A DNA stretch of 24,000 nucleotides from Bryobacterales bacterium (GTDB lineage: Bacteria > Acidobacteriota > Terriglobia > Bryobacterales > UBA6623): the NCBI GenBank assembly GCA_022824585.1, contig JAJDZN010000235.1:21176-45175 (forward strand), in the 5' to 3' direction. Positions 1-7,772 of this stretch are shown here, piece by piece (position 1 is the first letter of the stretch; the number at the start of each line of letters is the position of its first letter). Below the pieces are notes generated by a model. It made no database searches and was not told the DNA's origin. It saw nothing but the letters and a program-made list of their open reading frames with translations. Position numbers and translations under genes: made by a program.

Positions 1-1578
1 GCGCCGCTGCTAATCCGCACGCCCGACGGGAGCGTTCACTCGATCGCAGGGGTGGGCACGGCGCCGGCCCTGATGACCCTCGAGTTCTTCCTCAACCGGA
101 AGAAGGATCCGCAGCTGGAGCTCGAGGCTGCGCAACGCGACCACAAGACCGGCGAGATCCCGTCTTACGGCACCATGCCGGCGCTAGTGCCCGGCATGGT
201 CGACGCGGCCCTGCTGGCCTTGCAGCGCTTCGGCACGCTGTCCTTCGAGGCGGTCGCGGAACCCGCGGCGGGGCTGGCGCTGGCGCATCCCATCGACAGC
301 ATGCGGTCCCGCTCGATCGGCGAGGCAAGCTCGTTTTTGAACCTGTTCCCCTCCTCGCTGGCCGTGTACGCGCCGGACGGGCGCAGGCCGCGGCCCGGGG
401 ACCTGTTTCGCCAGCGCGACCTGTCCGAAACGATTCGGAGCATGATGCGTGCGGAGCGAGCCGCGCTCGATTCCGGCAAGTCGCGCGAGGGTGCCATCGA
501 CGCCGTGCGCGACTACTTCTACCGCGGGCCGATCGCGCGGGAAATCGCAGACTTCGTCAAGAGCGATGGCGGACTGCTGCGGTACGAAGACTTCGCCGCG
601 TTCCGGCTGGAGGTCGAGCGCCCGTTGGTAACCGAGTTTCACGGCTACCAGATCTACAAGCCTGACTTCTGGACGCAGGGCGCGGTTCTGTTACAGGCCC
701 TGAACATTCTCGAGGGCTATGACCTGGAGGCGCTCGGCTGGAACACGCCAGAATACATCCATCACTTGGTGGAAGCCCTCAAGCTGGCATTCGCGGACCG
801 CGACGCGTGGTACGCGGATCCCAAGTTCGTGTCGGTGCCTGCCGCACTGCTGAGCAAGGAATACGCCGGTGCCAGGCGGACATTGATCAACCCGAAGCGC
901 GCGTCGACCGAGTTTCGCCCGGGCCGGTTCGGGCGGCGCCAGCCAATGCATCCCTCGCGCCACGCGCGCCGACGACCCCTGCCCGACGAACTAGCTTCCA
1001 AGGACACGACGTCGATCAACATCGCCACCGCGGACGGCACGCTCTTCTCTGCCTCGCCCTCGGGCGCTTGGATGCCCGCGGTGATCGCGGGAAGCACCGG
1101 CATCCCGCTGACCCAGCGCGGCCACAGTTTCCTCACCGTCCGCGGCCATCCGAACGTGGTCGAGCCGGGCAAGCGGCCAAGGATCACGCTGACCCCGACG
1201 TTGGTGACGCGCCGGGGGCAGCCGTTCATGGCCCTTTCGACGCCGGGCGGTGACCAGCAAGAGCAAGCCCTGCTGCAAGTGCTGCTGGCAGCCGTGGTCT
1301 TCAATTTCAACTCGCAGGCAGCGGTCGAAGCCCCGCGCTTCCAGAGCAAGCACCTGGTGTCGAGCTTCGACGACCATGCCATGGAACCCAACGTGCTGCT
1401 GCTTGACGAGCGGATGCCGTCGTTCGTCTTCGAAGATCTGGCCGCGCTCGGGCATCAAGTCGAGCTGCGGCGAGCTCGCAACAGCGGCTCGGCGCCGACC
1501 GCGGTGAAGCTGCTCCGCAACGGAGTCATCGAGGCCGGCGCCGACCCCTATGCCTTTCGCTACGCCGCCGGCTGGTAG
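1..1578 (+). CDS. ggt: gamma-glutamyltransferase (GGT) family Ntn hydrolase, 5'-truncated by the window edge
   Basis: Frame 1 is open from nt 1 (APLLIRTPDGSVHSIAGVGTAPA precedes the listed start at 52), so the 5' end lies outside the window. Stop is TAG 1576-1578. Family call rests on the Thr-nucleophile context SKDTTSINIATADG and the small-subunit motif STPGGDQQEQALLQVLL. Confidence 0.8.
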   Translation, partial: APLLIRTPDGSVHSIAGVGTAPALMTLEFFLNRKKDPQLELEAAQRDHKTGEIPSYGTMPALVPGMVDAALLALQRFGTLSFEAVAEPAAGLALAHPIDSMRSRSIGEASSFLNLFPSSLAVYAPDGRRPRPGDLFRQRDLSETIRSMMRAERAALDSGKSREGAIDAVRDYFYRGPIAREIADFVKSDGGLLRYEDFAAFRLEVERPLVTEFHGYQIYKPDFWTQGAVLLQALNILEGYDLEALGWNTPEYIHHLVEALKLAFADRDAWYADPKFVSVPAALLSKEYAGARRTLINPKRASTEFRPGRFGRRQPMHPSRHARRRPLPDELASKDTTSINIATADGTLFSASPSGAWMPAVIAGSTGIPLTQRGHSFLTVRGHPNVVEPGKRPRITLTPTLVTRRGQPFMALSTPGGDQQEQALLQVLLAAVVFNFNSQAAVEAPRFQSKHLVSSFDDHAMEPNVLLLDERMPSFVFEDLAALGHQVELRRARNSGSAPTAVKLLRNGVIEAGADPYAFRYAAGW

Positions 1579-1609
1579 CTCGGCCCCGGGCGCCGGCTCC
1601 GAAAAAGCT

Positions 1610-1619
1610 GCGCTATGAT
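1610..1619 (+). promoter_or_regulatory. GCGCTATGAT motif (-10-like TATGAT) immediately upstream of sulfatase 1
   Basis: The identical 10-mer recurs at 3320-3329 in front of sulfatase 2. TATGAT (1614-1619) lies 10 nt before ATG 1630. No Shine-Dalgarno is evident. Confidence 0.35.
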
Positions 1620-3120
1620 CGCATCTCAGATGGCCACTAGACGCGAATTCATCGGCGGGATCAGCGCTCTGTTAGGAGCCGTCGGCTGCAGCTCCCGGCA
1701 AGACCGCGAGCGACCCATGAACGTCCTGTTCCTGTTCCCCGACCAGATGCGGGCGCAGGCGATGGGCTGCATGGGAAATCCGGACGTAAAGACCCCGAAT
1801 CTGGACCGGCTCGCCGCCGAGGGCGTGCTGTTCCGCAATCACTTCGCGAATTCGCCGGTGTGCTGCCCGGCACGCGCGATCATCCTGACCGGCAAGTACG
1901 CCCACACCAACGGCATGATCGCCAACGATCTGCGCCTCCGCGAATCCGAGACCAGCGTGGCCGAGCTGTTCGCCGAGGCCGGATACCGCACCGGCTTTGT
2001 CGGCAAGTGGCATCTGGACGGGGGCCCGCGCCAGCCGGGCTGGATCCCGCCCGGAGCGAGGCGGCAGGGGTTTGAGTTCTGGGCCGCGAACGAAGTGAGC
2101 CACGCTCACTTCGACACGCACTACTTCCGGGACGATCCCGAACCGATCCCGATCAAGTCCTTCGAAGCCTCGGCTTGGACCGATATCGGCATTGAGTTCT
2201 TGCGCCAGACCGAGCAGGACGCGCGCCCGTTCTTCCTGACGGTCCAAATGGGCCCGCCGCACGATCCATACATCGCCCCGGACGAATACATGGCGCTGTA
2301 CGATCCAGACGCCCTGACGCTGCGGCCGAATTTCGACGGCGACACGAGCGACCGCGAGCTGGAGCCGAGCCCCTATGTGAAGACGCCGGGCCGCAAGGAG
2401 ATCGCAGCCTACTACGCGATGGTGACCGCGGTGGACGATCAAGTCGGAAGGATTCTTGGCGAGCTCGACGAACTCGGACTGCGCGACAACACGATCGTCA
2501 TCGTGTCCTCGGATCACGGCGACATGCTGGGATCCCACGGGACGCGGCTGAAGCGAAAGCCCTGGGAGGAATCGATCCTGGTGCCCGGAATCGTGCGGCA
2601 TCCCGACGCGCCGGCCGGACGCGAAACCGATGCTCTGTTCTCTCACGTGGACATCGCGCCGACACTGCTCTCGCTGTGCGGATTGCCCGTGCCGCCGGAG
2701 ATGCAGGGAGCGAGCCTTGCGCCGGTGGTGCTCGGGCAGGCGGACTCGGGACCGAGCGCAGCCTACTTTCAGATCTTCGGGCCGTTCCTCGCCGGTGGCG
2801 TGGAGCAGGGCTGGCGCGGGCTGCGCACAGACCGCTTCATGTACGCTCGCACGAAGGACGCACCTTGGCTCCTGTACGACCTCGAGGCTGATCCGTACGA
2901 ACTGGAAAATCTTGTCGCAGATCCGGAAGCCGGCCCGACGCTTGCCGAACTCGACGCCGAACTAGCGCGCTGGATGGAGCGAACCGGGGACTCGTGGGAC
3001 TTCGATTGGACGGCTCCGATCGAAGATGGCGGGCGACTCTACAAGCACGAGGCGTTCTACACGGTCGAGGATTTCTTCCAGTGGGCGGCCGAGAACCCCG
3101 AGCTCGCGCAACTGCCGTGA
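1615..3120 (+). CDS. type I (Cys-type) sulfatase with twin-arginine signal peptide
   Basis: 501-aa ORF. The Tat-like leader MATRREFIGGISALLGAVGCSS suggests the true start may be ATG 1630 rather than 1615. Motifs: formylglycine C-x-P-x-R in SPVCCPARAIILTGKY, plus GKWHLDG and VSSDHGDMLGSHG. Confidence 0.9.
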   Translation: MIASQMATRREFIGGISALLGAVGCSSRQDRERPMNVLFLFPDQMRAQAMGCMGNPDVKTPNLDRLAAEGVLFRNHFANSPVCCPARAIILTGKYAHTNGMIANDLRLRESETSVAELFAEAGYRTGFVGKWHLDGGPRQPGWIPPGARRQGFEFWAANEVSHAHFDTHYFRDDPEPIPIKSFEASAWTDIGIEFLRQTEQDARPFFLTVQMGPPHDPYIAPDEYMALYDPDALTLRPNFDGDTSDRELEPSPYVKTPGRKEIAAYYAMVTAVDDQVGRILGELDELGLRDNTIVIVSSDHGDMLGSHGTRLKRKPWEESILVPGIVRHPDAPAGRETDALFSHVDIAPTLLSLCGLPVPPEMQGASLAPVVLGQADSGPSAAYFQIFGPFLAGGVEQGWRGLRTDRFMYARTKDAPWLLYDLEADPYELENLVADPEAGPTLAELDAELARWMERTGDSWDFDWTAPIEDGGRLYKHEAFYTVEDFFQWAAENPELAQLP

Positions 3121-3319
3121 CAGACATCGATCGCTAGCCACCGCATCGGCGGCCGGAAGCGACTACGGCCGGCACCTCGCGGGCGACGCGACAAGGCCTC
3201 GCTGCGAATCGCATCCGGGCTCGACCGGCAGTCCGCGGCTCGCGAGAGTCCCGCTCTGGATCCGACCGGCCAGGCACCCGGCAGGACTGTGCCTCGGCCA
3301 GATCCGACTCTGAGTGCGG

Positions 3320-3329
3320 GCGCTATGAT
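3320..3329 (+). promoter_or_regulatory. GCGCTATGAT motif (-10-like TATGAT) immediately upstream of sulfatase 2
   Basis: Same 10-mer as at 1610-1619. TATGAT (3324-3329) lies 6 nt before GTG 3336. No Shine-Dalgarno is evident. Confidence 0.35.
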
Positions 3330-3335
3330 GTTGCG

Positions 3336-4940
3336 GTGATTTCCTCGAAGCGGATCGGACGCCGGCAGTTCTTGCAACGCTGTAGCGCGGCCGCGCCCCT
3401 AGCAGCTGCCGCCTGCTCCCAGCAAGCTTCCGAGCCGACGCGCAAGCAACCCAACATCGTGATGATCATGTCGGACGACATGGGGTACTCCGACCTTGGC
3501 TGCTATGGCGGGGAGATCGAGACGCCGAATCTTGACCGGCTCGCCGGCCAAGGCCTGCGCTTCACTCGCTACTACACCAACAACATGTGTGTGCCAACCC
3601 GGGCATCGCTGATGAGCGGCTGCTACACGACCAAGGCGCTCAGCTCTGGCAACTCTGGCAACAGCATTTCGCAGGACGTCGTCAGCCTCGCAGAGGTGCT
3701 GCACAGCGGCGGCTATTCGACCTACATGAGCGGAAAGTGGCACCTCTCGAACGGGGGCGAGCACGCCAGCCTGCCCTGCCAGCGCGGCTTCGATAGGTTC
3801 TTCGGCACGACGCTCGGGGCCTGCAGCTTCTGGACGCCGGCCTCGCTGATGCTCGACAACGAGCCGGCCGAACACCTCTACCTCGACCCGGACTTCTACT
3901 ACACGGACGCCACCACCGACTACGCGGCGGACTTCATGCGCGACGGCCTGGCCAAGGACGCGCCGTTCTTCCTCTACGTGGCCTACACCGCGGCGCACTG
4001 GCCGCTGCACGCCTTTGAGAGCGATATCGCCCACTATCAAGGGCGCTACGAGCATGGCTGGGACGCTCTCCGAGCGGACCGGCACGCACGCATGCTGGAG
4101 ATCGGCTCGGTCAACCCGGCTTGGGATCTGTCGCCGCGGAATCCGCAGGTTCCGGCTTGGTCGGACGAGCCCCACAAGGCTTGGCAGCAACGCCGCATGG
4201 AGGTTTACGCCGCCCAGATAACCCGCATGGACGCGGGCATCGGCAGGCTGCTGGACCTGTTGGAGGAATCCGGCGAGGCCGACAACACGCTCGTGGTCTT
4301 CCAGATTGACAACGGCGGGTGCCACGTCGAATATGAGGTCGACCGCAAGGGCCCGTACCTGCCGGAGCGGACTCGGGACGGCCGCCCGGTCATTCCGGGC
4401 AACGTCCCGGAGGTCATGCCCGGCCCCGAGGACACCTACCAGAGCTACGGGTACGGCTGGGCGAATGCTTCCAACACCCCTTTCCGGCTCTACAAGCAGC
4501 ATGATCACGAGGGAGGGATCAACGTGCCGCTGATCGCACGCTGGCCGGCTGTAATCGAGCCTGGCGGCATGACCGACCAGCTGGCCCACGTGATCGACCT
4601 GATGCCAACCTTCGTCGATGCGGCCGGACTCGAGCAGCCATCCGAGTTCCAGCAACGAGCGGTCCACTCGCCCGACGGCAGAAGCCTGCGGCCGGTCTTC
4701 GCGGGCGCGTCTCGCGAGCCGGCATCGGAACTGTACTGGAAATGGAGCCGCGGCCGGGCGATCAGGCAGGGACAGTGGAAGCTCGTAGCAGTGCGCGAGC
4801 GCCCGTGGGAGCTGTACGACATCGAGCGCGACGGCACAGAGTTGCACGACTTGGCCGCTGATCACCCCGGTCGAGTCAGCGAGATGGCTCGGCTTTGGAA
4901 CGCTTGGGCGCAGGGGCCGCCGCGGTTGCCCGGGCATTGA
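3336..4940 (+). CDS. arylsulfatase A-like type I sulfatase with twin-arginine signal peptide
   Basis: 534-aa ORF with GTG start. Leader IGRRQFLQRCSAAAPLAAAACS. Motifs: MSDDMGYSDLGCYG, CVPTRASLMSGCY (C-x-P-x-R), GKWHLS, IDNGG. Confidence 0.9.
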   Translation: MISSKRIGRRQFLQRCSAAAPLAAAACSQQASEPTRKQPNIVMIMSDDMGYSDLGCYGGEIETPNLDRLAGQGLRFTRYYTNNMCVPTRASLMSGCYTTKALSSGNSGNSISQDVVSLAEVLHSGGYSTYMSGKWHLSNGGEHASLPCQRGFDRFFGTTLGACSFWTPASLMLDNEPAEHLYLDPDFYYTDATTDYAADFMRDGLAKDAPFFLYVAYTAAHWPLHAFESDIAHYQGRYEHGWDALRADRHARMLEIGSVNPAWDLSPRNPQVPAWSDEPHKAWQQRRMEVYAAQITRMDAGIGRLLDLLEESGEADNTLVVFQIDNGGCHVEYEVDRKGPYLPERTRDGRPVIPGNVPEVMPGPEDTYQSYGYGWANASNTPFRLYKQHDHEGGINVPLIARWPAVIEPGGMTDQLAHVIDLMPTFVDAAGLEQPSEFQQRAVHSPDGRSLRPVFAGASREPASELYWKWSRGRAIRQGQWKLVAVRERPWELYDIERDGTELHDLAADHPGRVSEMARLWNAWAQGPPRLPGH

Positions 4941-5507
4941 ACTCGGCCGGGCCGAAATCAGATCTGTCTCGGGACCCTGCGCCAAGGCTTCGCGGTTTCC
5001 GCAGGACCGGGCCTACCCGTGGCCAAGGAGCGCACAGCCCCCGCTTCGGCGCGTTCCGGAATCGGCCTCGGTTTCGAGGGTTTCCAGCTCGGATCATCTC
5101 GGTGCCGGCTAGCGACCCGTCACAGATTTGCATCCCGAACACCACCGTCTAGCGGCGGGTGTATCCGCGCCAGAGCACCTCATTGCAGAAAGAGGTCGCC
5201 GCTCGCCGGGCCGGCAACCCGCCATGCGAGCCAGCAGTAGCAACCAGTTGCGGATGTCCGTCCAGACGGCTTCCCGAGTTCCGCGGGCGGCGCTCGACGA
5301 GCGCCCCGACCAGCTCTCGCTCGTGCCCGCTCAGACCGCTGGGCCTCCGGCAACGCCAGCCCCATCTGCTCCGCCAGCCGCGGAACCGCCGTGCGCAGCG
5401 GCGCCGCGCACAGTTTCCCGCGCGCGGCGCCAGCCTAATGGCTCCTGCTAGGATTGGGCAATCGCTCATTTTCGTTATGCCTGCATGAAGGAAAGGAGGA
5501 GTGCAAG

Positions 5508-6110
5508 ATGCGATTACAGTTCACCTACACCACGCTACTGATCCTGTTGACCAGTGTCTGCTTGGGAGGCGCCGTTCCGCTCCGCGCGAACGGGGCCGAG
5601 ACCGCGGACCGGACGGATGACCGCGAGCTTGGCGCCGTAGCCAACCTGATCAGCTGCTCAGACGGCGCGCAGTTGCTGGGCTTGGCGTATCTCCGTGAGA
5701 GACCTTCGCCCGAAGGCGTGAAGGAGGTCGACGTCATGGTCCGGGTCTGGGGCGGGCTCCCGGCCGGGAGCCACGCCGTGCATATCCACGAAACAGCCGC
5801 ATGTCAGCCGTGCTCGGCGGCGGGCGGCCATTTCGATCCGGGCCCGCACAGCAACACCAATCCGGACGGCAACCATCCGTTCCACTCCGGCGACCTGAGG
5901 AATATCCATTTGAACGACAAGGGTGGAGGACTGCTCTCCATGGTGACGAGCAGAGTGAGCCTCTCGGAAGGGCCGCTGTCATTGTTCGATGAGGATGGCA
6001 GTGCCTTCATCATTCATGTCCAGCCCGACTCCTATTGCCCGGACGGAGTGGTGGCAGGGTGCGCAGGCGGTGCCCGCGCTGCCTGCGGAGTGATCCTCCC
6101 GACGCGATAA
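5508..6110 (+). CDS. sodC: periplasmic Cu/Zn superoxide dismutase
   Basis: Listed ORF is 5454-6110. Preferred start is ATG 5508, with AGGAGG at 5494-5499. Signal peptide MRLQFTYTTLLILLTSVCLGGAVPLRANG. Metal-ligand pattern: HAVHIHE, GGHFDPG, HPFHSGDLRNI, FIIHVQPD, and C-terminal GGARAACGVI. Confidence 0.85.
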   Translation: MRLQFTYTTLLILLTSVCLGGAVPLRANGAETADRTDDRELGAVANLISCSDGAQLLGLAYLRERPSPEGVKEVDVMVRVWGGLPAGSHAVHIHETAACQPCSAAGGHFDPGPHSNTNPDGNHPFHSGDLRNIHLNDKGGGLLSMVTSRVSLSEGPLSLFDEDGSAFIIHVQPDSYCPDGVVAGCAGGARAACGVILPTR

Positions 6111-6365
6111 CTCGCCCGGCTAGGCGCGCGGCCTTCGGTCCTACGCCTCGCGCTTGGGCCACCGGCCCGGCAAGTGAGGCCAAGCCAGCGTGCGGCGGCC
6201 TAGCCCAGGTCTCGATTCGACATCGGAACGCCGAATTGAGCGGCCTGCCACCTCCAACCCTCTGGGACTAAGATAGGAATAGTTGCGGCGCCCAGCCCTT
6301 GGGGACTCCGCCGCAGTGCCGCCTCTCCCCCCGGCCCGGGCTTCGGGGCCCCTATTGGAACACCC

Positions 6366-7670
6366 ATGTCGAACCTAGCAGTCTTGGGCCTCCAGTGGGG
6401 CGACGAGGGCAAAGGCAAGCTGATTGACCTGGCGGCCGAGCACTACGACGTGGTGGTTCGCTGCCAAGGTGGCAACAACGCCGGGCACACGGTACAGGTC
6501 GCCGACCGCGTCTACAAGCTCTCGCTGATCCCGAGCGGCGTTCTGAGACCGGGCAAGATCGGGGTGGTCGGCAACGGAGTGGTGATCAATCCGGAAGCTC
6601 TGCTCAGCGAGATCGAGACTCTCCGTTCGCTGGGCGTGGATGTTGAATCGAACCTGCTGGTGAGCAACCGCGCTCATGTTGTGTTCCCCTACCACCCGAT
6701 GCTCGAGCGCTCGTCCGAGGCATCGCCCGGCAAGCGGCGCATCGGCACAACTTCCCGAGGCATCGGCCCGTGCTACGAAGACAAAGTCGCGCGGCGCGGG
6801 ATTCGCGTCGCCGAACTGCTGTCGCCAACCCACTTCCCGGAGCGCTTCCGCGCGATGGCGTCCGAAAAATCCGCAGTGGCTGAAGCGCTGGGCGTTCACG
6901 AGCCCTGGGACGTGGAAGCCGCGCTAGCGCGCTACCAAGAACTCGCCGAGCGCATGCGCCCGTTCGTGACCGAAACCGGAAAGTACCTCAACCAAGCGAT
7001 CCAGGACGGAAAGCGCCTGCTCTTCGAGGGGGCCCAGGCCACGATGCTCGACATCGACTTCGGCACATACCCCTACCTGACCTCTTCGAACGCCACCGCC
7101 GGCGGGCTGTGCACGGGATCGGGCGTTTCGCCGCGATTCCTGCATCACATCGTGGGAGTGGCCAAGGCTTACGCCACGCGTGTCGGCGAGGGCCCGTTCG
7201 TGACAGAAGCGCATGGGCCGGCGGGAGACGATCTCAGGCAGGCCGGAGCCGAGTACGGGACGGTGACCGGACGTCCGCGGCGTTGCGGCTGGTTCGACAT
7301 CCCCCTGCTGCGGTACGCTCACGCGATTAACCACCTGTCCTCCTTGTTCATCACCAAGCTGGACGTGCTCGACCACCTGGACACGGTTCCCGTTTGCACC
7401 GGCTACCGTTACAAGGGAGGGATGCTCGACTGGATGCCGGCGATCGCCGAAGAGTATGCGGAGGTCGAGCCGGTCTACGAGGAACTGCCGGGATGGAACG
7501 GTCCCACGGCGGGGATCACCGAGTTCGAGCGGCTGCCGCGTGCCGCCAAGGACTACATCGCGTTCCTAGAGGACCGCCTCGAGATCGAGATCGGCGGCGT
7601 CTCGACCGGCCCGAAACGCGATGAAACGATCATCCGCGCCGGTTCGACCCTTCAGCGCGTGACCGCGTAA
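6366..7670 (+). CDS. purA: adenylosuccinate synthetase
   Basis: 434 aa, full length. Motifs: P-loop GLQWGDEGKGK, GGNNAGHT, TSRGIGPCYEDK, GTVTGRPRRCGWFD, ITKLDVLD. Confidence 0.95.
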   Translation: MSNLAVLGLQWGDEGKGKLIDLAAEHYDVVVRCQGGNNAGHTVQVADRVYKLSLIPSGVLRPGKIGVVGNGVVINPEALLSEIETLRSLGVDVESNLLVSNRAHVVFPYHPMLERSSEASPGKRRIGTTSRGIGPCYEDKVARRGIRVAELLSPTHFPERFRAMASEKSAVAEALGVHEPWDVEAALARYQELAERMRPFVTETGKYLNQAIQDGKRLLFEGAQATMLDIDFGTYPYLTSSNATAGGLCTGSGVSPRFLHHIVGVAKAYATRVGEGPFVTEAHGPAGDDLRQAGAEYGTVTGRPRRCGWFDIPLLRYAHAINHLSSLFITKLDVLDHLDTVPVCTGYRYKGGMLDWMPAIAEEYAEVEPVYEELPGWNGPTAGITEFERLPRAAKDYIAFLEDRLEIEIGGVSTGPKRDETIIRAGSTLQRVTA

Positions 7671-7772
7671 CAGCCCCGCCGGAGACGGCGTGTCGCTGGC
7701 CTGGCGAGACCCTCTCCGCACGCCGAGCGGCGAGGCCCGGCAGAGGCGCGGCCGCGAAGCCTTGGCGACGCG

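Noticed and set aside
3399-4985. 528-aa minus-strand ORF opposite sulfatase 2. Similar long shadow ORFs lie at 1672-2646, 9721-10749, 16032-17051 and 17554-18210.
   Set aside because: All lie antisense to, or out of frame with, genes that have unambiguous family signatures. Their own translations are compositionally biased and motif-free, so they are GC-driven shadow ORFs.
7671-7772. Possible bidirectional terminator between the convergent purA and radical-SAM genes (CGGCGTG ... CACGCCG, 7-bp stem)
   Set aside because: The loop is about 26 nt and there is no flanking T/A tract, so the hairpin is too weak to call an intrinsic terminator.
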